Source of the DNA: a virus
Lineage: Duplodnaviria > Heunggongvirae > Uroviricota > Caudoviricetes
Reading direction: 5' to 3' (one strand)
DNA: 50,015 bases
Virus record (IMG/VR): IMGVR_UViG_2917403263_000001
Position numbers and translations under genes: made by a program. The notes beneath the pieces were generated by a model that had not been told where the DNA came from, ran no database searches, and saw only the letters and a list, made by a program, of their open reading frames with translations. This document shows, one piece after another, positions 22,747 through 31,068 of the stretch (position 1 is the stretch's first letter; each line of letters starts with the position of its first letter).

Positions 22747-23825
22747 TCATCTTCATCACTCCTTGCTCTTGCATCAACCACATTAATATTGATCGCCACA
22801 GGCTGGGGATGTTCATTATCTTCCACCGTTTCGATCTCTTTACGCAGCTTCTGGTTTTCCATTCTGCGCCGTTCAATTTCCAGTTCCTGTAGCCGCTTAT
22901 CTGCACATAAAGCCCCGCCAGCAGAAAGCAAACGCAACAATTCACGCCGGGCGGCAGCTTTATCCTCCAGCAGGATCTCAACACCGAATTTTCCTAGCTT
23001 TGCCCCTGCATATAATTGCCGTGCATCCCCATCAAGCAGAGTGGTATCAGCCATATAAAGCTGCCCCGTTCCCTCACCGCAGCACTTCGGGCAGTCCGGA
23101 TTGGGTATGGCGTTATCAACAAAGCCAAGCCCTCCATATTCCGGTTCGGGTTTGCCATCTCTGGAAGCCTGCGCCGCTGCCTTATCAAATTCTGCTATAT
23201 CGCGCCACTGGTAGAGATGATTCTCGCCCCAGCAATAACGGCAGTTAACACGGCGAAATTGGGCAAGCTGATTGGGGTCGGCCTGGACAATGGACATCAA
23301 CTGACTCACCAGTAAATCCAGGTCTGCGGTATAGCGTTTCTGGTACTGATTGCGGAAGTAGCTGATAGCACGAAAAACCTTAGGATTTCTTAGGAGCTGG
23401 CTGGCGGTTACGTAGGCCGCATTCCCCTCTGACTCGTATCCTGCCAGCCGATATGCCTCAACGAGTTTTTTCCCCTGGGCAACCAGCATTGCGAATTTCG
23501 CCTGCTGGTCTGAAATACCGAATTCATCGGGACAGAACGAAATTTCTTCCGCATCGCCCTCATTCAGGTACGCATCGGATACTGGCTTTTTTTCCTGAGA
23601 TTTTCCGTTCCGCTTTTGTGCAGTCTGCGCAGATTTTTTCTGCGCACTTTTCTGCGCAGTTTTGCGCATTTCTGTCTGCGCATTTTTCGGAGGTTTTTTG
23701 ATGTAACGACGGGCTGTTGCGTAATTCAGTCCCCTTGCTTCACACCATGCCACCGGAGATATACCGGAGCGGGTGTATTCAGCAATATACTCCTGCTGCA
23801 ACGCCCCCCAGTCCGGTCTGCTCAT
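22731..23825 (-). CDS. Putative terminase small subunit (N-terminal HTH, Lys/Gln-rich linker, Cys-rich C-terminal region)
   Basis: 364 aa, N-terminus MSRPDWGALQQEYIAEYTRSGISPVAWCEARGLNYATARRYIKK; CRYCWGEN..CPKCCGEG; overlaps TerL start. Confidence 0.55.
   Translation of the reverse strand: MSRPDWGALQQEYIAEYTRSGISPVAWCEARGLNYATARRYIKKPPKNAQTEMRKTAQKSAQKKSAQTAQKRNGKSQEKKPVSDAYLNEGDAEEISFCPDEFGISDQQAKFAMLVAQGKKLVEAYRLAGYESEGNAAYVTASQLLRNPKVFRAISYFRNQYQKRYTADLDLLVSQLMSIVQADPNQLAQFRRVNCRYCWGENHLYQWRDIAEFDKAAAQASRDGKPEPEYGGLGFVDNAIPNPDCPKCCGEGTGQLYMADTTLLDGDARQLYAGAKLGKFGVEILLEDKAAARRELLRLLSAGGALCADKRLQELEIERRRMENQKLRKEIETVEDNEHPQPVAININVVDARARSDEDDLSDA
23621..23694. repeat. Phased TGCGCA plus T-tract repeats inside the TerS gene (candidate pac/packaging recognition site)
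   Basis: Five copies of (c)tgcgca followed by T-tracts at 11-15 bp spacing; encodes the AQKSAQKKSAQTAQK linker. Confidence 0.4.
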
Positions 23826-23828
23826 CAG

Positions 23829-24038
23829 TTAGTCCTGATTCTTATCCACCCTGAGTAGTTCGCGCAGGGCAAAGGCATCCCCTTTTCTGGCGAGCTTAAA
23901 CAATGCCGCCCGTAGCTCGGCCTCACCTTTCGCTCTGCCCTTACGGATGGACGCGTAAAAATTTGTCATTGCTTCCCGATTTTCTTTCAACCGGTTCAGA
24001 TCAACATCCAGAACGTCAGCGATTTGTTGTGCAGTCAT
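23829..24038 (-). CDS. Small HTH-containing protein upstream of TerS
   Basis: Probable start MTAQQIADVLDVDLNRLKEN; ~69 aa; alternative start at 24080. Confidence 0.4.
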   Translation of the reverse strand: MTAQQIADVLDVDLNRLKENREAMTNFYASIRKGRAKGEAELRAALFKLARKGDAFALRELLRVDKNQD

Positions 24039-24966
24039 CCGGCACGCTGCCAGAGACTCGACTTTCGAATACGGAATCATTTGTCACCCCCATTGATATG
24101 CAGGGTGTCTTCTTCCTGTATTTTTCGTGAAGGATTTTTACTGCAGCGTTGTTCCAGGTGACCTGATGGTGAATGCGTTTATGGCTGGCGCCCATCAGTG
24201 AGATTTTTACGCACGACGGCGCATACATGACGGAGTAAAAACTTTTAACGTAGGTTCCGGAATCCAGATACAGCTCGGTCATTCCGCCGCTGTTTTTCTG
24301 CGTCTGTTTCTGCCCTAACTGGACAGCACCGATCGTCATAAACAATTCACCACGGCGACCAAGATTCGTGTACGTATTCACATCCTCGTTAATGCGCCCC
24401 ATGAATGAGAACGGTCGTTCAACCGAACAGATAAAGCTGTTCATTGCCTTGCGTTTCACCCACGAAGCATGGCCGCCATTGTCACCAAGAAAATCCCCGC
24501 CCTGTGACATAGCGATGGAAAGCGCGGGTATTGATTCGTAATACGCCAGCATTTCAGAAAGGATCGCATCCAGTTTCCTTATCGGGAAATAGGCCTGGTC
24601 ATAGTTGCGATCCACACGAAACTGGAACTCGTGATAATCATCATCGAGCTGAATGAAGTATTTACACCCGACCAGTTTTGCCAGGTCGAAACAGGCATTA
24701 CGGGCGTAAAAAATTGAGCGGCGATCACCGAAATTATCGGCTTCGTCAAAACGACTGGCGATATCGGCTTTGGAAAACACCAGCACCTGTTCACCAAATT
24801 CAGCTATGTACTGATGCCGTGTCTTATCTTCATCATCAACAACGATAAAAATTTTCCCGGTATAGCCAGCACGACGCAACGTCCGGTAAGTCAGAACTTT
24901 GTCCGGTCGCCCGTGAGTCAGAATAAAGGCGCAAAAATCATCACGCATATTCCTTCTCCCCGCCAT
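24016..24966 (-). CDS. GT-A-like (DxD/DDD motif) protein of unknown function
   Basis: 316 aa; AFILTHGRPD, KIFIVVDDED, YFIQLDDDY motifs suggest a nucleotide-sugar transferase-like fold; translationally coupled to the upstream ParB-like gene. Confidence 0.4.
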   Translation of the reverse strand: MAGRRNMRDDFCAFILTHGRPDKVLTYRTLRRAGYTGKIFIVVDDEDKTRHQYIAEFGEQVLVFSKADIASRFDEADNFGDRRSIFYARNACFDLAKLVGCKYFIQLDDDYHEFQFRVDRNYDQAYFPIRKLDAILSEMLAYYESIPALSIAMSQGGDFLGDNGGHASWVKRKAMNSFICSVERPFSFMGRINEDVNTYTNLGRRGELFMTIGAVQLGQKQTQKNSGGMTELYLDSGTYVKSFYSVMYAPSCVKISLMGASHKRIHHQVTWNNAAVKILHEKYRKKTPCISMGVTNDSVFESRVSGSVPDDCTTNR

Positions 24967-25729
24967 GCATGATCTCCACCATGTGCTGCGTCATCCGGAC
25001 AAATCCATTTTCAATAGCCTGCTGGTAATCAATGATCACCAGCGCCGACTCCTCAAAAAGGCGCTGAATTTCAGCAGGAGCGTGAGCGTAATAGTCCGCA
25101 ATTCTGCTGAAATTAAACACCGTGTGACGTTCTGCCGCACACAGGAGGAATTTTTCGATATCAGGCTCAAGGGACGCCGAACGTATCCGGCTGATCAGCT
25201 CCTGAGTTTTCGTATCGTCGTACAGTTCACTGATATCCGGTTTACCGCCCGACGGCTCATAAACAGGCGTATCAATTTTCGTCGTATAAGGCTCCTCCTC
25301 ATTTCCTGTACCGGGCAAAACATCCGTCAACAGTTCATCAATTTCTGTCGGGCTGAATCCTGTCAGGGAAATATCAAAATCAGCATTGATTAGCTCCGAC
25401 AGCTCCATCCGTAACAGATCTTCATCCCAGCCAGCATTCATCGGCAGGCGATTATCTGCCAGGCGGTACGCCTTTTTCTGATCATCCGTCAGACCAGACA
25501 GAACGATGACCGGAACGGAATCCATTTTGAGCACTTCAGCCGCCATAACGCGACCGTGACCAGCAATAATTTCGCCCTTTTCATCAATCAGCACCGGATT
25601 AGTCCAGCCGAATTGCTTAATGCTTTCTACCAGTTGTGCCACCTGCTCAGGGCTGTGTGTCCTGGCATTGTGTGCATACGGAGACAGTTCTTGTAACGGG
25701 CGATAGACGATCTTCAATTTCTCGCTCAT
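24941..25729 (-). CDS. ParB/Srx-like nuclease domain protein
   Basis: 262 aa; N-terminal ParB-N motif PVLIDEKGEIIAGHGRVMAAEVL; unknown C-terminal domain. Confidence 0.7.
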   Translation of the reverse strand: MSEKLKIVYRPLQELSPYAHNARTHSPEQVAQLVESIKQFGWTNPVLIDEKGEIIAGHGRVMAAEVLKMDSVPVIVLSGLTDDQKKAYRLADNRLPMNAGWDEDLLRMELSELINADFDISLTGFSPTEIDELLTDVLPGTGNEEEPYTTKIDTPVYEPSGGKPDISELYDDTKTQELISRIRSASLEPDIEKFLLCAAERHTVFNFSRIADYYAHAPAEIQRLFEESALVIIDYQQAIENGFVRMTQHMVEIMHGGEKEYA

Positions 25730-25852
25730 ACAGCCTCGCTTTATGAATAAAAAAGCCCGCTATCGGCCAGTGCGCTGGGTGCGCGGCGGGTGCCGATGAC
25801 GAGCTTTGGCATTATCGCCCCCCCTCACCATGAAGGGCTGCTGTAATGCCTG

Positions 25853-25960
25853 TTACTCACGAATCAAACGAGTATGCTGACCGCTCATTTCAATGCGTAA
25901 GTATTGTGGCTTGCCGTCAATCAATGCGGTGATTAACTTGTCACCAGTAGGTTTCCACAT
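25853..25960 (-). CDS. Small hypothetical protein (36 aa)
   Basis: ATG preceded by SD aggag; MWKPTGDKLITALIDGKPQYLRIEMSGQHTRLIRE. Confidence 0.3.
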   Translation of the reverse strand: MWKPTGDKLITALIDGKPQYLRIEMSGQHTRLIRE

Positions 25961-26133
25961 AATTTTCTCCTGTTTTAATGCCCCTTGCCGCCCGGGCAGT
26001 TGATCAAAGTTCATCTTGATTCGGCAAGATTTAGAATGAATAAGATAAAATTGGCACACGCAGCAGAATTTCATGCTTTCCGTACGCTGGCGCACCCATC
26101 ATTTTCAGCAAAATATTCTGCTCTTAAAGGCGA

Positions 26134-26316
26134 TCAGTTCTGCATACACTGCCGAACACCGTCGACAATTTCACAGACCTGAGAAGCTGTATCGAAAAGC
26201 TGGCGCGCCTTATCCAGGCTGACGCATCCCACCAATAAAAAAGGCACCAGTATCGCTACCAGTACCCATTTCGCCGCCGTTCGTGGCATTCTGTGTGTCC
26301 AGTGCTTCCGCTTCAT
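26134..26316 (-). CDS. Lysis-cassette lipoprotein (o-spanin-like)
   Basis: Signal peptide with lipobox LVGC; ~60 aa; end of the lysis gene block. Confidence 0.45.
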   Translation of the reverse strand: MKRKHWTHRMPRTAAKWVLVAILVPFLLVGCVSLDKARQLFDTASQVCEIVDGVRQCMQN

Positions 26317-26320
26317 CTCG

Positions 26321-26455
26321 CTATCCACCAATCAACCCGGATAAGCTCAATACTCGCCAGGCGGTGGAAATGAAAATAGCAACCAACATTGCTGAAAATG
26401 AAAGACCAACAACCACACAGAGAATCCGCGCCAGTTTTATAATGCTGTCTGACAT
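26321..26455 (-). CDS. Small membrane protein (44 aa), not in the ORF track
   Basis: MSDSIIKLARILCVVVGLSFSAMLVAIFISTAWRVLSLSGLIGG; its stop overlaps the SD of the lipoprotein gene. Confidence 0.3.
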   Translation of the reverse strand: MSDSIIKLARILCVVVGLSFSAMLVAIFISTAWRVLSLSGLIGG

Positions 26456-26477
26456 ATTTACCCCTTAATTCCCCCAC

Positions 26478-26660
26478 TCACGATTTCAGCGCAACGATCA
26501 ATTTTGCCAGCCCATACAGCATCGGAGACACAGCGATACCGACAGCCACCCACTTAATGGCAAAAGCCACCGCTCTGCTGATGTCATCAGTTACAGGCGC
26601 TTTCAATTCAAGGCCGTTTTTCATAGTCAACCTCAACAGAACTAGTTTATACTTCCTCAT
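26478..26660 (-). CDS. Small membrane protein (60 aa) in the lysis cassette
   Basis: Start MRKYK with SD aaaggaaaac; C-terminal hydrophobic segment. Confidence 0.3.
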   Translation of the reverse strand: MRKYKLVLLRLTMKNGLELKAPVTDDISRAVAFAIKWVAVGIAVSPMLYGLAKLIVALKS

Positions 26661-26800
26661 GTTTTCCTTTGCCTTACCCAAGGCCAGAAACAGAAAACCC
26701 CGGACTGTTACCGCAGCCGGGGTTTTTGCTTTTCGGTAAATCTAATACCTCTCCGACCACAAAGAGGATTTACCGTTTTCACTGCAAACAGGAATAAACG

Positions 26801-27346
26801 TTACAAACCAACACGTTCTTTCATCCAGCCGTAGACAAACGACTCGTTGGCCTCCCGTTTCTCTGCCAGCTCCAGATAGCGGTCACCCTGCGTACAGTTC
26901 AGTGCGGTCAGCATTACCCGTTCGCCTTCCCTGCCACGATTTTTCAGATATGCCCGTAACGCATTAATAGTTCGTGGGCCGATACGTCCGTCTGCATCCA
27001 TATCCGGATACAGTTTCCCGCGCAGGTTGAAAACGTTCAGCCAGCGTTGAAGCATTCTGGACGCCACAGTTGGTCCCATGTTCACGCCCGTGTCGCACAG
27101 CTCTGCAGCAATATCCGGCGACAGGTTCGCAATCTGGTCAAAACGTGGGCCGTACCAGTAATCCGCCTCGAGTATTTCCAGCGCCTGCCCGCGCGTCAGG
27201 TCACGCATATCGCCCTGATATCCGTGCACCCTGGCGACTTTTTCCGTAATGCCCCATTTGGTCGGACCACCTTTATCATCCGGATGGTTGACGTAACCGC
27301 CCTCTTTTCCCAGAACCTCGTCAAAAATTTCATCTTTCGACTTCAT
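26801..27346 (-). CDS. Endolysin, GH108-type lysozyme with peptidoglycan-binding domain
   Basis: Start MKSKDEIFDEVLGKEGGYVNHPDDKGGPTKWGI (GH108-like motif); ~181 aa; adjacent to holin-like genes. Confidence 0.75.
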   Translation of the reverse strand: MKSKDEIFDEVLGKEGGYVNHPDDKGGPTKWGITEKVARVHGYQGDMRDLTRGQALEILEADYWYGPRFDQIANLSPDIAAELCDTGVNMGPTVASRMLQRWLNVFNLRGKLYPDMDADGRIGPRTINALRAYLKNRGREGERVMLTALNCTQGDRYLELAEKREANESFVYGWMKERVGL

Positions 27347-27347
27347 T

Positions 27348-27641
27348 TCAGTACCTTCGTAATGCAAGGATTTTTGAAACATTCCCACGTGCACGTATCA
27401 CCAGCACGCAGAACAGCAGATTAAAAAACACCACCAGCCAGTTCGCCGCTAACAGACGACCACACAGATAGCTGAGTGGCGCAAGGGCATAAAGCAGCAT
27501 CAGCAGCCAAGCCAGCCATGACATCAGCGGTTTATGTCTGGAGTCATGACGACGATAAAAAAAAAGCGTCAGCACGATAACCGTGCATAACGCTACATTC
27601 AGCAATCCAGAAAAGTTATTAGGCATTGCCGCCTCCTCCAC
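27348..27641 (-). CDS. Lysis-associated membrane protein (holin/antiholin-like)
   Basis: 97 aa with ~3 predicted TM segments between holin candidate and endolysin. Confidence 0.4.
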   Translation of the reverse strand: MEEAAMPNNFSGLLNVALCTVIVLTLFFYRRHDSRHKPLMSWLAWLLMLLYALAPLSYLCGRLLAANWLVVFFNLLFCVLVIRARGNVSKILALRRY

Positions 27642-28008
27642 CCCGCAGGCGGGAGAACAGGCCGGACACCAGTGATGCGATATCCTGCTGGTGGATGAAC
27701 GACAGAATCTTCACCGACACCACTGACACCAGCACTGCACACAATGCGTCGACAGGCGCTCCGTCAAACCCTGTATGCTTTACCAGCCAGGATGCCAGAA
27801 CCTCTGCACCCAGCACGCCGATAATGAACGACACCAGAAAATGCGCCGCCACACGCCACGCTGAAAGCGCCTGCGGTATCGTTGCCACAAATAACGCCCC
27901 GGCGAACGCACCAAACACAATCCCGAAATCCGTTCCGGTAAACAGCCCGAATACCGTCGCCCCGCCGAGCGCCGCAGCCGTGCCGGAACCGGATAAGGGT
28001 TCAGACAT
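27619..28008 (-). CDS. Putative holin
   Basis: Start MSEPLSGSG (SD aggag); Gly-rich multi-TM protein, first gene of the lysis block. Confidence 0.5.
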   Translation of the reverse strand: MSEPLSGSGTAAALGGATVFGLFTGTDFGIVFGAFAGALFVATIPQALSAWRVAAHFLVSFIIGVLGAEVLASWLVKHTGFDGAPVDALCAVLVSVVSVKILSFIHQQDIASLVSGLFSRLRGGGGGNA

Positions 28009-28199
28009 ACTTTTTTCTCCTGTAAATAAAAAAGGCCACCAGCGGCCCGTAAAAAACAACATCCCATCGTAGGAATCCGCAAATGCCTTTTGTGTGACAT
28101 AGTCTGATATGAAAAGCGAAGAATTAATGTACGGAAATAAGGATTACCAGAAATTCAGATTAATTTTCCTGTTTAAACGAGAAAAATTAATTTATATAC

Positions 28200-28293
28200 T
28201 TTTTGCACTTCCCGAGCGGGAGGTGGAAAGGAAATTCGTTATGTTTCACGGACTTTGTCCAGCGACCTTAATCCGACGGTCGCGTTTTTTTTT
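28200..28293 (+). ncRNA. Candidate small structured RNA, copy A (three hairpins ending in an intrinsic terminator)
   Basis: Possible TATACT -10 near 28188; hairpins cttcccg/cgggagg, ggac-ttt-gtcc, gcgacc-ttaatccgac-ggtcgc followed by U9; paralogous to 29130-29214 with compensatory stem changes. Confidence 0.35.
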
Positions 28294-28328
28294 GCGTCAT
28301 ATTCATCGTTGACTTACATGGCATTGCC

Positions 28329-28361
28329 ACACGGACATTATCAGTGTCCGTGTATTTTTTT
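28329..28361 (+). terminator. Second plus-strand intrinsic terminator
   Basis: acacggaca-ttatcag-tgtccgtgt 9-bp stem followed by U7. Confidence 0.55.
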
Positions 28362-28372
28362 GAATTCAACAC

Positions 28373-28398
28373 AAAAAAAACCGCCTGGTGCGGCGGTT
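28373..28398 (-). terminator. Minus-strand intrinsic terminator (module A)
   Basis: aaccgcc-tggtgc-ggcggtt hairpin followed by U8 on the minus strand. Confidence 0.6.
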
Positions 28399-28560
28399 GA
28401 ACAATGCTGAAGATGAATCATTTTTATTGTAGTGAAATTGAGATGTTGTGGACTTCCCTGAATATCTGACTTTATGCCAGACATTGTGGTTACAGAAACA
28501 CAATGTAAACCACCCTCATACCGGGGAACATCTCTTTGGTGTTATTTACAACACCGGAAT
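28399..28560 (-). ncRNA. Candidate minus-strand small RNA, copy A (ends at terminator 28373-28398)
   Basis: ~160 bp with conserved blocks shared with 29390-29560 (GGTGGTTT, GTCAGATATTYMGGGA); no conserved ORF. Confidence 0.3.
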
Positions 28561-28772
28561 GATGCATTTCCGACTCTCCAAAGAAACACAATATTTCTAC
28601 CGAAAATACACCATTCCGCTATTGTAAAATAACAGCGCAAACCACTGACTAGCCAATTACAAATCGGTGTTCCTGTTTCCTGAGCAATGTTTACTCTTCA
28701 TATGAGTTCTTGTCGGGGAATAAAACCACTCACCCGGAAGACAGACGTATAATAACAAGGAATAAAATCACT

Positions 28773-28928
28773 TCAACTGTAATAATCTGAAAAATGATTC
28801 TTGCCACATGAAAACACCCACCAACCGTCCATTACCACAAATAAAAAAGCCTTCACCGCGTCGCGGTTTTCCATTTTCTTTACTTCTACAATAGCCTTAC
28901 GGGTTTTCTTTTTGAAAATCACAAACAT
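28773..28928 (-). CDS. Small hypothetical protein (51 aa)
   Basis: ATG with SD aaggaaaag; MFVIFKKKTRKAIVEVKKMENRDAVKAFLFVVMDGWWVFSCGKNHFSDYYS. Confidence 0.3.
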   Translation of the reverse strand: MFVIFKKKTRKAIVEVKKMENRDAVKAFLFVVMDGWWVFSCGKNHFSDYYS

Positions 28929-29129
28929 CGTGACTTTTCCTTTTAGTGGGTGAACCTCTGCCCGGGGTGCCCAACCCACAGAGAAAGTCACACTGACCAT
29001 CCCGTAAGCTCACCCCTGAAAGGTTCTGTGGTCTTTGATCCGCGCCGGGCGTAGCGCAAAGAATGAAATAAGCCTTATCTGAAATTAAGGTTAATCTAAG
29101 GATTTAAACCATTCTAAATGCTTAGTAGT

Positions 29130-29214
29130 ATAAACATGCCTCTTGAAAGAGGCAGATACTAATCCTTCTTCATGGACCTTGTCCCGCGGCTTTAATCCGA
29201 CAGCCGCGTTTTTT
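29130..29214 (+). ncRNA. Candidate small structured RNA, copy B
   Basis: Hairpins gcctct-tgaa-agaggc, ggac-ctt-gtcc, cgcggc-tttaatccgac-gccgcg followed by U6; same architecture and loop as copy A. Confidence 0.35.
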
Positions 29215-29364
29215 GCCTGTATATTACCATATGATGCAAATATAAAAGGCTCACCGAAGCGAACCTGATTCAAGCGTACTTGCTGCTACAACAGGGTTAT
29301 AATACCCCAACCACATAACGCCATGTGTTCTTTTCTAATGAGTTGGTGATAATTTTATACAAGC

Positions 29365-29389
29365 AAAAAAAACCGCCTGTTAAGGCGGT
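29365..29389 (-). terminator. Minus-strand intrinsic terminator (module B)
   Basis: accgcc-tgttaa-ggcggt hairpin followed by U8 on the minus strand. Confidence 0.6.
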
Positions 29390-29560
29390 GGTCAAATCAT
29401 GAAGAGTATTATTATAATATAGGTGAGGTGTCGGGTGCCTCCCGAAATATCTGACATTCCATCAGATACTGTAGTTTCCCCGCTAAACAACCACTAAAAC
29501 CACCCCCGCACATGGGGTTCACCTCATTTTGTGATGTTAACAACATCGGGATAGTGCATA
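29390..29560 (-). ncRNA. Candidate minus-strand small RNA, copy B
   Basis: Paralogous to 28399-28560 at ~60-65% identity, ending at an equivalent terminator. Confidence 0.3.
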
Positions 29561-29749
29561 ATCAGCCCCAGCTAGGAAATATCAAAAATCCCACTAATAA
29601 TGCACTATTCCGATAGTGTCAAAAAAACACAGCACTGAAACTATAACTGGTCTCCGTTATAATTCGGGGGAGCGATAAAGGAGTATACGAGACCTTTCCC
29701 CGCGAGAAAAAACGCCAGTGCTGAAAAACCTGTGCCTCATTTGTTTTGC

Positions 29750-29824
<75 letters not shown>

Positions 29825-29827
29825 ATA

Positions 29828-29903
<76 letters not shown>

Positions 29904-30133
29904 ATTATTTCCTCAGACGGGAATATATCGCAACCATTCCCCCTGAAGAACTGCGGCAAATAATACGTTTAAATAATAAAACTGCAATACACCATAACGT
30001 CAAGTTTTGTAAAGTTATTTTTAGGTTTCTATTTTGTCAACTTTTTATATAAATTTAAAAAACAGTCATAAATGTACGCAAAATATATTTTATACAACAA
30101 TTTAATCGCGCGTTTTTTTAATCAGGCTTCAGA

Positions 30134-30161
30134 AATAAAAAAACCCGCCAGTGGCGGGTTT
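30134..30161. terminator. Bidirectional intrinsic terminator; candidate tR' ~100 nt downstream of Q
   Basis: A7-cccgcc-agt-ggcggg-T5; U-runs on both strands. Confidence 0.6.
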
Positions 30162-30232
30162 TTAAGTTCACGTTTCTGGTTAACCTCGCGATACAGCTTG
30201 CGAAGCGTAACTGAATTGAAGCAGTTTATTGC
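30162..30232 (-). promoter_or_regulatory. Candidate late promoter (PR'-like) / Q-utilisation region
   Basis: Between Q stop and the terminator; minus strand has TTGCAA-17 bp-TTCAAT-like elements; location by analogy with lambda PR'-qut-tR'. Confidence 0.35.
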
Positions 30233-30778
30233 TCACTTTGCAATAGTTTTTTTTTGTGCCGTGAACATTGGTTTATAAAGCATAAATTCAGCAATCATCA
30301 GCCATTGATCGATACGACGTCGACAGGTAATTAATGTCCAGTCAGGATGATTTTCATTTAACTGCTCTGCCATTTTCAGTTTGCTCATTCCCCGCCCTTC
30401 ATATCGTTGTCGGAGGATGCTAATTAATCCCGGATACTCGACCAGCACTTCGCTAATTACCCGATCAATACATAACGCCTCGGCATCAGTACAATGAGAC
30501 AACCAGCTTTTCTGCTTACCGTCGAGCATTTCCCGCAAAAATGCCTCCAGTTCCGTCTTATCAATTCCCGCTTTTTTCATCCTGCGCAGAGCTTCATTGA
30601 TGGCTGTTTTCGTCAATTTTTTGGATGCCAGCAACTGGTTAAACATATTCCCCGTCTTACCGCCGCCAATATACGACCAGCGCCCCCACATGCGCAGTTT
30701 TCCCTGAATCCAGACACTTTCCAGCGTGGTGAGACGAAGGTGTTCCCCGCTTTTTCCTGTATTTGTTGGGTAAATCAT
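30233..30778 (-). CDS. Q: Late antiterminator Q
   Basis: Start MIYPTNTGKSGEHL (SD aggaagg); ~181 aa; position directly upstream of a short terminated leader, tRNAs and lysis genes; Q-family assignment recalled. Confidence 0.65.
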   Translation of the reverse strand: MIYPTNTGKSGEHLRLTTLESVWIQGKLRMWGRWSYIGGGKTGNMFNQLLASKKLTKTAINEALRRMKKAGIDKTELEAFLREMLDGKQKSWLSHCTDAEALCIDRVISEVLVEYPGLISILRQRYEGRGMSKLKMAEQLNENHPDWTLITCRRRIDQWLMIAEFMLYKPMFTAQKKTIAK

Positions 30779-31068
30779 AAATAACCTTCCTTTCTCCAGA
30801 TTTCTTGTGTGCGAAAAACACCTTCTGCATGCATCAGGCGTAATTCTTCTTTGGTGTAATCGCTGGTTTTTACTCTCCCGTCGATTAAATCGTGGCATGA
30901 GCTACAGGCAATTGCAGCCTGCATATCGTGTGGCTTTGTCGCTGTTCCACACGTCCCCGCCAGTCTGTAATGCGCCAGCACGGAAGTTTCGGGATTGTGA
31001 TTGCAGTACCCAGGAATTCTGACCTGACACATCTGGCCCCGCGCCGCTTTACGTAAATCTGCCATCAC
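30775..31068 (-). CDS. ybcO: YbcO-like (DUF1364) Cys-rich putative nuclease
   Basis: 97 aa MMADLRKAARGQMCQVRIPGYCNHNPETSVLAHYRL..CSSCHD; coupled to Q (4-nt overlap). Confidence 0.65.
   Translation of the reverse strand: MMADLRKAARGQMCQVRIPGYCNHNPETSVLAHYRLAGTCGTATKPHDMQAAIACSSCHDLIDGRVKTSDYTKEELRLMHAEGVFRTQEIWRKEGYL

Noticed and set aside
26694-26727. Hairpin aaccccgg...ccggggtt followed by T5 between endolysin and the small lysis genes
   Set aside because: It would terminate plus-strand transcripts but no plus-strand gene is present; the stem has an asymmetric bulge; possibly a weak attenuator, not reported as a feature.
28109-28312. 67-aa plus-strand ORF
   Set aside because: Reads straight through a strong intrinsic terminator hairpin and U9 tract, and the paralogous copy B has no equivalent ORF, so the conservation is at RNA-structure level.
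28100-29700. Possible CRISPR array or IS element in the long non-coding stretch
   Set aside because: Only two diverged copies of a ~450-bp unit with terminator hairpins; no short regularly spaced direct repeats with unique spacers, no terminal inverted repeats and no transposase ORF.
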